Below, in pieces: positions 36,148 to 49,801 of a stretch of 64,000 nucleotides of DNA. This stretch comes from Narcine bancroftii. Its lineage: Eukaryota. Under the pieces are notes generated by a model. It saw only the letters and a program-made list of their open reading frames with translations, had not been told where the DNA came from and ran no database searches. Within the stretch, counting starts at the first letter, position 1; every line of letters begins with the position of its first letter. The position numbers were made by a program, and so were the translations under genes. The DNA is taken from assembly GCF_036971445.1 (NCBI RefSeq), contig NC_091474.1, positions 209,126,001 through 209,190,000 on the forward strand, written 5' to 3'.

Positions 36148-36498
36148 TGTGTGACAATACTTAGCATTGAGGCATACCCCATTAGACAGGGAACTGGGAG
36201 TGCATGTTGAAGTCCCTGTCTAGTAAGAGTGTACTAGTTACCAAATATTACTGCACATAGGAGAGGGGAGAGGGGAGAGAGGAGAGGGGAGAGAGGAGAG
36301 AGGAGAGAGAAGGCAGCCACTGATATCAGAGATCACTGTATCCAAAGTAACTGTTTACACTGTTTTAGTACCAGTACTTGTTTTGTGTCTTCCCTGTTAC
36401 AATTTTCCTGTGTGTGTAATAAAGATCATCCTTTGTTTGTTTAGCCTGTGCCTGGACTTGTTTCTCTGTGAACTCATTGAACCTGTTCTGATCACACA
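36148..36498 (+). mobile_element. Possible solo LTR containing a (GGAGA)n tract
   Basis: TGTG...CACA ends and AATAAA ~80 bp before the end; no TSD found. Confidence 0.35.
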
Positions 36499-36699
36499 AA
36501 ACAATCCCATAACAGTGCTATCTTGTTGCCCTTGCATGGTGCTCTTTGATCTTTCCATTGCAATCCTGCACTCTGTAATTGTGCTCATTACACAGCTGTA
36601 TGAATGATAGAGATGACCTGCTAATCTACTTGCTGAAGAATCCTTCTCACTGTACTAGCTATTTTGTGACAAATAAACTTGAACTTAAAACTTGAAGCA

Positions 36700-37085
36700 T
36701 TCCGATGGGAATATAGAATAATGCAATATGGGGTACCATATGGAAACACATGAAATTGTCCATTTTGACAGAAAAGAATAAAAAGAAAACATATTATCCA
36801 AATGGTGAGAGATTGCTGAGCTCTAAGACTGAAAGGATACTGGTGTCCTAATTCACAAATGGCTCATATGCAGGTACATCCAGCAATTAGAGAAGCTTAT
36901 AGAATGTTGTTGTTTATTGTTGGGGAATTGAAAATAAAAATAGGTAGGCAAAACTTCAGTTATGACCCTATCTCAAGCACTGTGGAGTACTGGTCTTATT
37001 TAAAGAAGGATGCTATCACAGTTCAGCTGAGGATTACTAGACTGATGACTTGCAGCAAAATTTGTCCAGTTCTGATATGAACAGA
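36700..37085 (+). mobile_element. Decayed CR1 ORF2 fragment
   Basis: aaattgtccattttg..; MQVHPAIREAYRMLLFI; EYW..LKKD..QLRITRL. Confidence 0.55.
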
Positions 37086-37664
37086 GAGAGCAAGTTATCA
37101 GAGAAATTGATATTGAGTCCGAAAATGTGTTGCTTCATTTTTATCCTGACATTCACCCTTCATGTACAGTAATTTCTGGAGCAGTAATTGGGCACTTGAC
37201 AAAAATGAAATAATTTGACTATCTACTAGTGTCTTCCTGTGAGTCAGGTTAAAACATCCAGATTCAGGTGTATTTTTGCAGCTCCTAGTGTATCTGTAGT
37301 TTAGATACCAAATGCAGAACTCCAGAGCTTCATCCACTACCGCCACCATGTATATTGCCTTCACATTTTGCACGAGGTGCTCTCTCATAGAAGAAACCAC
37401 AATAAAAGACTCGGTATTCCAATGGATGATTGATGCACAGTTCCTGATTCTGTAGAAAATTTTCTCTTTTCAGGCTGCACATCTTTCACACAAGATGCCT
37501 CCCAGCATTCACCAGTTGCTCTTGGACTTGGTGATAAAGTAGAGTCTTTACTACTCAAGTATCAGAGCATTGTTTGCCAACTTTAGGTAAATTAATAGAT
37601 ACTGTAGGTGCTAATGAGAGGGTGCAAGGAGGGTCACACTTCTCCCCTTGACAGAGTATGTCAG

Positions 37665-37879
37665 TGTTGGGCACTACCTGTTGCCCTTGTAACCACAAGG
37701 ACAAAGACTGAGGGGAACGATAGGCTTTATTGTACATAAGACTTGAGCTGGCCCAGATCCAAGCTAGGGAAGGGAGAGGTGGCTTGACCTTTATGGTCTG
37801 GGTCACAGGGGAGGAGTCAGGGGGTGGGCCAGCCCAAGCCTTTACCGGCCAATGAGTACATTCAATCCATACCACTACA
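37665..37879 (-). mobile_element. Short solo LTR (Gypsy-like)
   Basis: TGTTGG...CACTACA; flanks GTCAG / GACAG (4/5); AATAAA and TATA-like motifs on the minus strand. Confidence 0.55.
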
Positions 37880-37942
37880 GACAGCTGAGAAGAATTGATA
37901 GAATCCTGTTCTATTGTCACAAGACATTTTCCAAGATTAGCA

Positions 37943-38192
37943 TGGCAGCACGGGTTAGTGTAGTGACTATTGCAAAGCTATTACATACGGCGCCAGAAAC
38001 CAGGGTTTGAATCTGGCACTGTCTGTAAGTAGTTTGTACGATCTCCCCGTGTCTGTGTGGGATTCCTCTGGGTGGTCCGGTTTCCTCCCCCTCTTCAAAA
38101 CGAATGGAGGTTGTAGGTTAATTGGGGGTATGGACTCGTGGGCTAGGAGGCCTGTTACCGTGCTATATTTCCAAATTTAAATAAAATTAAAA
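37943..38192 (+). mobile_element. V-SINE (HE1-like)
   Basis: tRNA-derived A/B-box head, V-domain gtgtctgtgtgggattcctctgggtggtccggtttcctccc, AT-rich tail. Confidence 0.8.
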
Positions 38193-39739
38193 TCAGCCTG
38201 GTCTATACTTTTGGACAAATGAGTCCATGGAGAGAGCTTGTTAATGATGGGAACTTGCTCTCTAAGGCAGAGGAGAATAAAGGAGAGGCAAGAAACTGCT
38301 GGGCACATGTGTGGCCACACCTACATATGAAATCTGCAGAATCAGTTGTTATGAGTTTTATTTAACAGCAGTCCTTTCTGTATAACTCTAGGCTTTACCC
38401 AGAGCACTTAAACTCCAGTTCTTTGCACCACTTGCATTGCAAATAATGCCACCAGGTTTTACTGTATGCCAGTATTCTTCATCAGTCAATTCAGATTTGC
38501 AACATTGCTGATGTAGCAGTAAGTGAGGTATGAGATTGGGATCAGAGATTAGCAGTCCATTGCTGGTGTGGGATCATACTATTGGACTGACTGGTATGTA
38601 CAGACCACTGGCGTCCCATATCTTTCAGGGACTATCCAGATATGCTTCACCTGCCTGAGATATTTTTGTCCAATATTTTCATTGTTGGAATTCTCCTCAT
38701 TCTCCTTTGCATGGCTGTGTTTCCCACTTCTTTGGACCACCAACAAAATACAAATAAAACATTCCAAATTACCTTAAACCTGCTCATTTTTCCATTCTAT
38801 TCATTTTGACACGAGTGTCCACTGCCCCACTGTATTCCCCAAGCAATGAAATTGGTCCCCATTCTCTTGCTCTTCTGAAATGTCCCTCACAGAGAGGAGG
38901 GATGAGAAAGAATCAGGATAGTCCTCGAGTAGTGTCAGAGTGGCTCGCCTGTGATTGTGTTTCTGCTGGGTCATGAAATGGCATTGGTGCTACATGCTGA
39001 TCTCCATGCCACTATGCAACTTTTTCCCCCCTATTTCCTAAGGTACTGTGCAGCCCGAGATGGGTTTTCATTCAGAAGCTGAAGTGAGTTGAAGTTGAAA
39101 CCTTGTTAGATTCACACAAAGCTGATGAATCAAACCGGAGGTGTGCAGCTGTAGAAACTACAGGAGCTCTGGAGGCAAATCCGCAGATACTCAGTGACTC
39201 TGTTTTTGTCTTTACTTTCTCTTGTACTGTTAGGGACGCTGGGTAACACTAATGATGACTCTTTGTCTGTCTTACAGTGGGCAAAAAACAATTTTGTGTA
39301 ATACTTCATGTTCTGTGCTATTACGTAACAATAATGGAATTTTGAATCAGTTACCCTCACACGTGGCCTCAGTGACCAAGGGATACAGAATGAAATGAAC
39401 CAAGCTAAGTCTATCATAGGCTCCAACCTCCCATTCATTGAAGAGATTTTTATGAAGTGCTTCCCTGCTCTTAACCTCCTTTCACTATGACTTTTGGGCA
39501 GAAGATACACAAGCCTGACAACCTTTAGGTTCAAGAACAGTTTTTGCAGTATGGCAATCAGTCTTGAATCTTACCTTGCTATGCTAACCATGAATGACTC
39601 CAGGACCACAAAGAGATCTGTCTGAAACATTGAAATGCCATTTCTTTCTTGCATTAACTGTAACTGTGAATATTTATTATCCATTATATTTATTATCCCT
39701 TTCTATACTGAGGTAATTTAATATGCTATATACTGTTGT

Positions 39740-39905
39740 TAAATTTAATAGTTAAAATTTTAATTACAGCATACTAGAAGCCGATTCCAGCCATTTGAAT
39801 CCGTGCAGCCCAATTACTTCCAAATTAACCTACAAACCTGTGCATTTTGGACGGTGGGGGGAAACTAGAGCACCTTGGAGAACATACAAATCTCTTTTAG
39901 ACAGC
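39740..39905 (-). mobile_element. V-SINE fragment
   Basis: gggggaaactagagcacc..gagaacatacaaatctcttttagacagc is the reverse complement of the V-domain. Confidence 0.65.
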
Positions 39906-40057
39906 AAAAGTACCAGTTTCGTTGCAGCAAGTAAAAAAATTCAGTACATATGTATATATTATACTTGTGTGCATGGCAATAACCTCTATTATTATCAAGC
40001 AAATAGAAGACTAAATAATCAAGATTTTTACCAAAGTCAATTGTTCCTCAAATTTTA

Positions 40058-40590
40058 GATTTCGATTTCAGATTTATTGTCAGAGTACATACATGAGATC
40101 ACATGCAACCCTGAGATTCTTTTTCTGTGGGCGAGGCAGAATTACCACTAATTGGAAGCGTTAAAAAAAAACAGTGTCTACATGTAAATAAATAAAGAAC
40201 GATAACCAGATAATGAATGTAAACAAACAATATGGAGAGAATTAAAAAATCAATAAAGTGCACAGGTAAGAATCATTAAATGAGTGTCTGATTGAGTTTG
40301 TTGTTGAGGAATCTGATGGTGGAGGGATAGCAGCTGTACCTGAACCTGGTGGTGTGAGTCTTGTGGCACCTATACCTCTTTCCCAATGGCAGCAGAACGT
40401 GTGCTGGGTGGTGTGGGTCTTTGCTCTCTGACGGCAGCGTTCCCTGTAAATGTTCTCGATAGTGGGGAAGGATGTTGCCTGTGATGTCATGGGCTGTGTC
40501 CACTACCTTTTGCAGGAGTATTGGTGTCCCCATACCAGACTGTGATGCATACTTTCCACCACACGTGTAGAAATTTTAGTGAGAAATAGG
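40058..40590 (-). mobile_element. Rex1/Babar LINE 3' fragment
   Basis: LQKVVDTAHDITG..TTRFRYSCYPSTIRFLNNK; tail gatttcagatttatt. Confidence 0.85.
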
Positions 40591-40771
40591 TAAAACTTTG
40601 AGAGATGGGACTTTCAGCGTCAGATGAAATCTGCTCACTCATGGGCTTCCGCTGCATTAAGCTTGCAGCGAGCCAGCTCTTTCGAGGGATAGCATTAGCA
40701 GAAAATGTGGCCACACATGGATTCAGTGATCACCAAACCATCACTGAGATCCTGCTCCTCAGTGATGAAAG

Positions 40772-41022
40772 AGTGGTACGGTTAGTGTAACGCTTAGCAC
40801 AATGGTATTGCAGTTCCAGCAACCTGGATTCAAATCCAATGCTGACTGTGAGGAGTTTGTACGTTCTCCCTGTGACCCGTGTGTGTTTTCTCCGGATGCT
40901 CCAGTTTCCTCCCATCCTCTTAAAAAAAAAATGGGGTTGGGAGGTTATTTTGCTGTAATTAGATGGCAAGGGCTTCATGGGACGGATGGACCTTCTAACA
41001 TGTTGTATCGCTAAAGTAAAAA
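40772..41022 (+). mobile_element. V-SINE (HE1-like)
   Basis: ggttagtgtaacgcttagcac..ggattcaaatcc; gtttgtacgttctccctgtg..tctccggatgctccagtttcctccca. Confidence 0.8.
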
Positions 41023-41239
41023 AGTCACTGACATTGCTTCTTCTCCCCCAAAAGTCACAAGCTTGTTTCTCCAATGAAGGATCACAAACAAATGCTTTTG
41101 ACTTTAGAAAGTAATCTGAATCATGTTCACATTTCACCTCTATTCCTTTAGCTGTGAATCAAACAGTAATAAGTATCGTGGTGAGCAGATAGCAAATATG
41201 GAACATTATGTGAGTCTGAGAAAATGTTTCCTCAGTCAT

Positions 41240-41472
41240 TAGTAGCAGTTAGCACAACGCTGTTACAGCTCCAGCAATCGGGATTGGTCTTTGAATCTTG
41301 AGCTGTCTGTAAGGAGTTTGTATGTTCTCTCCATGACAGTGAGGTTTTCCTTTGGATGCTCCGGTTTCCTCCCACTGTTCTGGGGGTTGTAGATCAATCG
41401 GGTGTAATTGGGCGGCACAGGCTCGTGGGCCGAAATGGCCTGTTACTGTGCAGTATGTCTAAATTTAAATTA
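41240..41472 (+). mobile_element. V-SINE (HE1-like)
   Basis: gttagcacaacgctgttacagc..ctgtctgtaaggagtttgtatgttctc..ggatgctccggtttcctccca. Confidence 0.8.
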
Positions 41473-42049
41473 CATTGACAGTTGCAACTCCATTAATACG
41501 ACATTGATGAGATTAAGATGTGTAAACTTGGCACATTGTTTAGCAAGCTCTGTGGCTGGTGGAGTATAATGCCATTGGAGTGCACAGTGTAGGTGTTCCA
41601 GAACCTCAGAAAGGCTTTCTTTGCCTCAAAGGGCTTTTGCTAACATTTCATTGATCTAGGGATGGGACAGATTGCTTTCCCTCTACCAGTTAGCTTCATT
41701 CAGTCTCAAAGTGGAAGCTTCTGTTGTCACTTCTCCTATCGGGAGCTTGGTCTCTCCAGTGAAGAGGACTGCTTATGAAGTCCTGCAGCAATCTATTTAA
41801 ACAGCTATTGTTCTCCTTTAGAATAGGCTGTGGTCTCACCTCAGGTGTGGTAGCTCCTTAATTACTATCATAATCAGGGTTCGCCACAACTGTACATGCT
41901 CACTGTACACATTCAAAGCTACTTGGCAAATGTATACATTGATGGGAAGAATTGACTGCATGCTTATATATATATATCAGCATGGTCACCGGAAATGACA
42001 ATTTCCTCTGCCAGTCTCCATACATGCATTTTCTATTGGTAATATACAT

Positions 42050-43030
42050 GGTAGAATGTACATATGAACTGAAATTCTTACTTGTTGCAGCTGTACCAAT
42101 ACATTGTGGAAAAAAAAATACAAAAACAACTAAGATACAACTACAACAGGATATTTAATTGACTTAAAAAGAGACAATAAATGCAGCAAAAAAATTTTTC
42201 TGGTGCAAAAAAACAAGTGACTTTGCAATAAGTTATTTTTTGCTGTGGGAGAAGTGCCTAATTAGTGCAACAAGGGGAGGTTCAAGAGCCTGAAAACTCT
42301 TGGAAAGATAGCAGTGAGAAGTGGTTGTGACCAGAGTAATGGAGAACCTTTACGATGTTGACTGCTTTCTGGAGGCAGTGCCTCACATAGATATCTTCAA
42401 TGGATGGGAGTTCAGAGCCTGTGATGGGTCTGGACATCTTTAAAAAAAAATCTTCTGCAGCCTTCTGTGTGGCTGGGCAGTTGAATTCCCAAGCCAGGCT
42501 GTAATGCAACCAAGTCAGTATATAGTATTTTCCAGAGTGAACCTGTTTAATGGAGTATTCGACGACACAACAAATCTCCTCAGATTTCTTGGAAAAGAGA
42601 GACATTGGTGTGCCTTTTTCATGGTTGCCTCATTGTGCTGGCTCCAGAAGTCTGAAAAATAGAATCATGGGTTCTAACCCTCTCCACTTCTGTCCCAGTG
42701 ATCCTTCAGTCATGCCTTCCTAAAATTAACAATAAGCTCCTTGGTCTTACTGATGTTGAGAGCAAGATTGTTGTTCTGGCAATACCCAACCAGGCCCTCC
42801 ATCTTTCCATTCTGTATACTGACTTGTCATCTCCAGTTATTCAACCAACGACAGCAAATTGGTAGATGATGTTGGAGTGAACTTGGCTACGCAGTCATGA
42901 GTGCACAGGGTGTAGAGTGGGGACTAAGCGTGTGGCCTGGGGGGTCCCCCTGTGTGCTGGTCAGTGTGGAGGAGGTGATATTGCTGATTCACACAGTTTC
43001 CTGATGAGGAAATTGATGATCCATTTGCTT
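42050..43030 (-). mobile_element. Rex1/Babar-like LINE, RT C-terminal half to 3' end (decayed)
   Basis: Reverse strand ..GDDKSVYR..CQNNNLALNISKTKELIVNFRK.. and ITGSELPSIEDIY..CLQKAVNIVK. Confidence 0.7.
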
Positions 43031-43865
43031 GGATGGTAATCAAATTTTGATCTTTTACAATCCAGAATAAAAATCCCAAATGCTAAAAGATCAATGCAAG
43101 CATGAAAACTCAAAACCCAGAATCTAAACTGAACTGTTTCTCACAGATGTGTCACACGAGCTTATTTCATTTTGAAGCTAAACTTTGAGGTTGCCTAAAT
43201 TTATACCCTTTAATTGAACAAAACATTGCTGTTTTGATTCATCTGATGTCTGCTTTAATTCTCATGGAAATGCATCGAAGATGTAAATGGGGAATGATAT
43301 ATGGAAGGATTTTTAAAATTGAATTCTGCTTAAACATACATTTTCTTGTCTGGTAAATTAGATTAATCACCCATATATTGTCTGAATTTGTTCGACATCT
43401 TTCTCCTGCTGGGGAAGTGAATTGGAAGTCCCACTTAATAATGAGGCCAGCTAGTCTCACTACTGCTGAATATGTATAATGAATCTATAGGGTAGGGTAA
43501 TTTACCCCCCACCTTATCACAAGCACTAATTACATTGATTCAGAAAGAGGATAAAGACATATGTGAATGTAAGAATTATAGACCAATTTCCATAATTCCA
43601 ATGGATGTGAAAATCTTATTAAAGATTCTTACAAACCATTCAGATAAAGTAATAACTTGCTTGATACATAGAGATCAGGTGGGATTTATTAGGGGCCGCA
43701 GTTCATCTGATAAAATTGGGCGTCTTGTGAATATTATGTGGCTGATAAACGATCACCTATAGCAGCTATTTCACTTGATGCTGAAAAAGCATTTGATTGG
43801 GTGGAATGAGGATATTCATTTTTTTTGGATTTGGACCCACCTTTTTAAAATGGATTAGATTGTTA

Positions 43866-46800
43866 TGTAGCGGCACTACAAGTTGCAGCGAAGTGGCTGC
43901 TGAATGTCATGATGTCACAACAAGGTGATGTCATTGGGGAATGTGATGCAGGGTTTTTAAAAAGGTTGCGTTTGCCTGTAAATAGCTTTGTTTGAACTTC
44001 CTCTCAACTGCGACTCATTACTCTCTCCTCTTGAATTACCCACTGCGACATCAGTAGCTACAATTGGTGACCCCGATGGCCCAAAACAAAATCTTGGACT
44101 AGTGATGGACAGTGCAGCAGTATCCCTAAAACTGCCCTTCCTGTGGATGTCGCCACCTGAAGTTGAGTTTGGACAGGCAGAGGCACAATTCCGCAAAATA
44201 GAAGTGGATGCCACCATATGGTGAGTGATTTGGACCAGGACACAGCTGGTCACATTGTGCATTTCCTTTGGGAACCACCACTGCATAGCAAGTACGAGGT
44301 GCTGAAAGCACTCCTCCTGCACATTTTCGGGGTCTCCCAGCATGAGCGAGCTACACGACTCCTCCACATCGATGGCCTGGGAGACTGTGCCTCTTCAGAG
44401 CTATGGGTGACACGCTGGCACTGCCGGACAGCCACAAGACGTGTTTGCTCTTTGAACAGCTATTTCTAGAGCATTTGCCAGTAGACATCCACCTCATCCA
44501 ATGAGGATTTCAGCAACCCATGACCAGTGGCTGCACAGGCAGACATCCTGTGGCGAGCGAAGCAGCAGGGTATGAAGCCCATCAAAATTAAATGCTGTGT
44601 CAAGCCCCAAGGCACCGAACCTTCGAGTCCTAATGAAAACAGGGTCTCCACTGGACAGACATGATTTAGAGACTAGAAGTTAGTCCTTCTATCATCAGCT
44701 TTGGGGTGCTGGTGCCTGCAAATACCATCCTCCTTGTGGCTTCTTGGGAAATACCCAGGCCCAGTCGTCGATAATGGCAATGATGGCTAGCCACTGATAA
44801 AGCCTGCTTTATGTCTGGAACGAGCTCTCGGGCCGAAAATGCCTCATGAACACTGGTTTGGAGATTAGGGTCCTTTCTCCTTCAGGGTTTGACAGTTGTA
44901 CGGAGAAGCAGATCCCACCCTCATGGCTGCAAATTACAGCACTATCCATACGTCCAGGACAATAACCATAGCTCTGAAATTTGATGGCAGCAAAGTTTAC
45001 ATGGAGGTTCACTCTTGCTGCCGCGTCCTGGCTGTTGCTGGGAACAGACTTTCTCTGTGCCCGATCCCTAATGGTAGATATGAAAGGGTGCCACTTGGTG
45101 GACAGCACGGCTTTCCAAACCTTCCGCCTCAGAGATTTAAGGTTACCCACCCTGCACTTGCATGCCCTCGAATATACGAAGAATACATTGAAGACTTTGC
45201 TGATGTGGGGCTAGGATTTTGTCAAAAGTAGATTTAATGCATAGTTACCCAGAAAATGGACCCAATACAACTGTAACACAGTTCGGCTTATTTGAATTTT
45301 TGCGGATGCCCTTTGGGCTGAAAAATACTGTGCAAACTTTTCAGCACCTGATGGATGCGCCAACAGCCTTATCGACAGATGCATCTGATGTGGTTGTAGG
45401 AAGAGTACTAGAACAATATGTGAATGAACAATGGAAGCCACTAGCATTCTTCAGCCAACACCTTCGCCACATAGAGACCAAAAATAGCACCTTTGATGAG
45501 AAGCAGCTGGCGCTTTACCTGGTGCGTTGCACTTTCTGTACTTCCTCGAGGACAGAGATTTTATGGACTTCAGAGACCATAAACCATTAACTTTCGCTTT
45601 CGGTAAAGCTTTGGACCCTTGGTCAGTCCGTCAGCAGTGTCACTTATCTTGCATTTTAGAGTTCTCTACAAAGATAAAGCACATCTCTGGAAAAAGGAAT
45701 GTGGTGGTTAATGCTTTCTCCTGTGCCACTTTTCAACAAGTATGTGCACTTTCCCAAGGTGTTGTCTTTTTCACCCTGGCAGAGGCCCAACGGCAAGATT
45801 ACTGACTACAAGACGGCCCTTACAAACCTGCAGCTCCAGGTCCTGGCTTTAGGCCATATGCTACTCTTCGATGTCTGGACAGGACAACCATAACCCTATC
45901 ATTCCCGCCTCATGGAGCCGTCGCATTTTCAACACTATTCACGGCCTATCGCATCCCTCCATTAGGTCAACGGTCCACCTATTATCTGATAAATTTGTCT
46001 GGCACGGCCTGAAGAAAAACGTAACTCACTGGGCATGGATGTGCGTGGACTGTCAAAAGTCGAAGTTACAAAGGCACGTAAAAGTTCTGCTCCAGCCATT
46101 CGAACCAACAAAGCAGAGATTCGACCATGTACACGTCGATATCATTGGCCCAATCCTAGAGTCCAGGGGATTCAGACATCAACAGGTTTACTAGATGGCC
46201 GGAGTCAGATCCCATGGTCGACGTTTCAACTGAGTTGTGCGCAAGAACTTTTGTTTCATCCTGAATCTCTCATTTCGGTCTGCCCGTGTATGTTACTTTG
46301 GACAGAGGTCTGCAGTTTACCTCTGCCACGTAGAGGGCTTTATCTAGACTCCTAGGAATGGACATCCACCATACCAAGGCCTATCATTCACAGTCTAACG
46401 ATACAGTGGAGCCGTTCTATAGGCACCTGAAGGCAGCACTTATGATCCACTTACAGGGACCAGATTGGGAATTAGAACAGGGCTAAAGAAGACCTCAATT
46501 CATCATGTTGGCCTACGGAGCACCTCTGGCTGTCCCTGGAGAGTTCGTGCCATTTCCTTGTGAACAGGAAGACCAGCCGTCAGTGACACTGTGCAAGTTG
46601 TGGGAGCAGGTAGGAAAACCAGGTCCCATACCAACTTCTAGACATGACAAACAATCTTCCTTCATTCCCAAGGAACTCAGGCATTGTGTGTTTTCATCTG
46701 AAGGGGTGCACACAGATCACCCCTAAATACACCTTACAAAGGACCATGTAAAGTGCTATAAAGTTCTAGGACAACATGCATCTTAGACAATAGGGGACAA

Positions 46801-47132
46801 CCTCAAACATTCACAGTAGTCCAGTTAAAACCTGCATACATTGACTTAGAATGGCCTGTGCCACACCCTACAGTTCCATGTCGTGGCTGGCTACCAAAGC
46901 CAAATGAATTGGACCTTTCTGAGCTAGTTCTGAGGGGGGTGGGGGTAGGGGAATGTAGCAGTACTACAAGTTCCAGAAAACTGGCTGCCGAACGTCATGA
47001 CGTCACAATGCGGTGATATGGTGTTTTTAAAAAGGTTGCACACATCAATAAACAGTTTTGCTTGAACTTCCTCTCAACTGTGACTCCTTACTCTCTCCTT
47101 TCGAATTTCCCTCTGCAACATCAGTGGGTACA
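43866..47132 (+). mobile_element. Gypsy LTR retrotransposon, CsRn1-type, internally deleted and decayed
   Basis: LTRs 43866-44062 and 46954-47132 (TGTAG..TACA); TSD GTTA; PBS TGGTGACCCCGA; gag AVSLKLP..FGQAEAQF and YHQLWG..PPC; RT FGLFEFLRMPFGLKN; RH TDASD..DHKPL; IN HGLSHP, HVHVDIIGP; G-rich PPT. Confidence 0.92.
44065..44076 (+). promoter_or_regulatory. Primer-binding site complementary to the tRNA-Trp 3' end
   Basis: TGGTGACCCCGA 2 nt after the 5' LTR; matches the classical tRNA-Trp PBS TGGTGACCCCGACGTGAT. Confidence 0.85.
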
Positions 47133-48631
47133 GTTATATAATAACCCTGAGGCAGCAGTTCAAACAAGTGGTTACATTTCACCTTATTTCTCTCTTAGGA
47201 GGGGTACCCAATAGGGTTCCCCACTTTCCCCAATTTTGTTGTGTCTAGCTTTGGAGCCCCTGGCAGCAACTATTAAAGAGAACTTTGTAGGGATATGTGT
47301 GGGAGGACAGGTTCATAAATTGATGATATATGCAGATGATATTTTATTATTTGTGTCGGACCCTGGTCGGTCGGTGCCATATCTTGTGAATATTATAACA
47401 TTATTCTAAATTCTCAGGTTATAAGGTCAATTGGACAAAAGCAGAAGTATTGGCATTGACTGCATACTACCCTGCATCTGCTTTTTACCCAGGCCAATTT
47501 AATTGGCCAAAGGAGGGCATACGATATTTAGGTATTAATTTCCAACCCCCACCCAGCTGGAGGATTTAGTAAAGATAAATTTTGATCCTCTATTGCAGAA
47601 AATTTCATGTGATGTAAATAGATGGTCGTCACTGTACTTGCCAATGTCAGGAAAAGTAAATACCTTGAAGATGAATAGTATTCCAAAGGTTAATTACCTG
47701 TTCCAGTCATTACTTGTGCAAATCCCATTAACATATTTTAAGCAAGTTGATAAAATAATGAAGGCTTCTATGTGGAATGGTAAACACCCACATTTGAAAC
47801 TTGATAAATGAAAATGTCCAGTTGAGAGAGGGGGGTTAGGTTTGCCAAAGTTAATGCTCTATTATTCTTTTACTCTTGAGCATTTAATACATTGGGCTCT
47901 CTCCCCCTTGGTCTCATATTGAGTGTTCTGCTCTTCCTTCTATCCTTCATTACAATGTTTGTCTCTGAAGTTACCTCCTGAGGAAAGATCTCACCCAATT
48001 ATATCGCATATACATTTGTTCTGGAATAAATTATCCAGATTATTTAAATTTAATTCGCATTTGAATGAAGCCTCGAGTATTTGGCTGAATCCAAAGTTGA
48101 GTATTGATGTCCACTTTTTTCTGGAGGGTATGGCAAGGGAAAGGTACAACTAAATTGGGAGACCTTTTATAATTATGACATTTTGAAATATTTTAATCAA
48201 CTAATCCCAACAGTATGATTTCTCTAGATCACAATTTTGGAGATATCTTCAACCGTGTCATGTGCTACACATAACTTTTGGTTCTACATAGCGACCCCCC
48301 ACAAGATGCTACGATACTGTCCACTGTACTGGCTGCATATGGTAAAGGTCACAAAACCTTATTTTATTATTCAGCCTGAACACAAATCTCAGGGGCTAAA
48401 CATGGTGGATCTTAAACGAGCACGGGGAAATGCACCTGAGTGTGGTTTTTGAAGTAGAAGAATGCAAAAATAAATTGTAAAAATATCAAAATAATGTCAA
48501 GAGACCTGAGAGTTTAAGATTCTCCACCATTTTTTATTGGACTCCAGCAAGGTTATATAGATTAGGGTTGAAAAATACCCCTGAATGCTGGCGCTGTGAG
48601 TTGGATAAAGGGGATTTAGTACATGTGTAAA

Positions 48632-48975
48632 TCATAAAAGTCTGTAGACACAGTGATTGAAGTAAAAACGCAAAATGCTGGAGAAGCTCACCAGGTCAAA
48701 CTTCACTTGAAAGGCCTGTTTGGGGCCCCAGACCATGGCGAGGACACGTGTTGCATTTCCTGCGGGCATTTCTCTCTCCTTTCTCCACCTATTATCTCCT
48801 ACCTTTGCCACCTCCCCACCCCCCACCCCACCACTCTTTTGTTCAAACGCTTGCCGGCATTTTCTCATACCTTGAAAGGCTCAGGCCTGAAATGTCGGTT
48901 TGGTACTTTTACCTTTGCTAAATAAAGGACTCTGTTTGACCTTCTGAACTTTTCCAGCATTTTGTGTTTTTACTT
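48632..48975. mobile_element. Penelope-derived inverted element inserted in L1
   Basis: agtaaaaacgcaaaatgctggagaagctca / ttccagcattttgtgtttttact inverted ends; ccttgaaaggctcaggcctgaaatgtcggtt hammerhead remnant. Confidence 0.75.
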
Positions 48976-49276
48976 AGAACATGCACTTTGGCCTTGTCCC
49001 AGAATTCAAGAATTATGCATTACTGTGGTGGTACACCACCGGCCTACTGCAGGAGGCAACCTCTGTACCTGCAGGAGTGTAAGGGGACAGGACAACACCT
49101 GGCCGGCTGCCAATCAGTCGGCTTGAATGGATCAAGTCCCACCCGGTCAGGTGTCATCACCCTCCAGGGTATAACCCTGCGCTGGCCTCCCGAGGCCTCT
49201 CACTGAGGTTCTGTGGAAGTCTTTGAGGATTAAAGCCTGTTGTACAGTCTTTACCTTGTGTGTGTCTGATTCTGTC

Positions 49277-49801
49277 TGTGAGAGATGAGTAAAACTAATA
49301 TGAAAACATGAAAGATGAAGAAAACTAGTATGGATATATGTGTAATGAATAAAGCCAGTATGAATAGGCTAAGGATAGATAATAGAATGTAGGAAGTAAA
49401 GTTAGTCTGAATAAGATAAGGGTCTTCTAGCCTTAGACAGAATTAGCAAGTTCTGCATATAAGAAGTTAATATGCCCTGAGAGTCGGGAAGGTGTGAATA
49501 AGGACAATGATATGACAATAAGGACACCGCCAGGATACCCCCTGGTCCTCCAAGTTCACAGAAACAGCATGTAGGCAGACAGGATTGCCTAATGCCAAAC
49601 TCATCCAGGAGGCAGAAGAATGTAAGGGGGAGGGTTCTTCTATACTGAAATAAACTGTATAAAAGTTGGGTGAGCCCCAGTATGTGTGTGTATTCCCAGG
49701 GTAAGGGGAAGCACCCAACTTTGCATTGTTGTATAATAAATGTTCTTTGTTCTCAATTTTTGTCTCGAGCAATTTCTGTGAAGGTACTTCTGTTTCTCAC
49801 A
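49277..49801 (+). mobile_element. Solo LTR (525 bp, ERV- or Gypsy-like) nested in the 5' LTR of the Gypsy
   Basis: TGTGAGA...TCTCACA; TSD TGTC (49273-49276, 49802-49805); TATAAAA 49658, AATAAA 49735. Confidence 0.9.

Noticed and set aside
37943-38020. tRNA genes at SINE heads (also ~40775, ~41240, ~33210)
   Set aside because: A/B-box-like heads run directly into the V-SINE body and do not form a full cloverleaf
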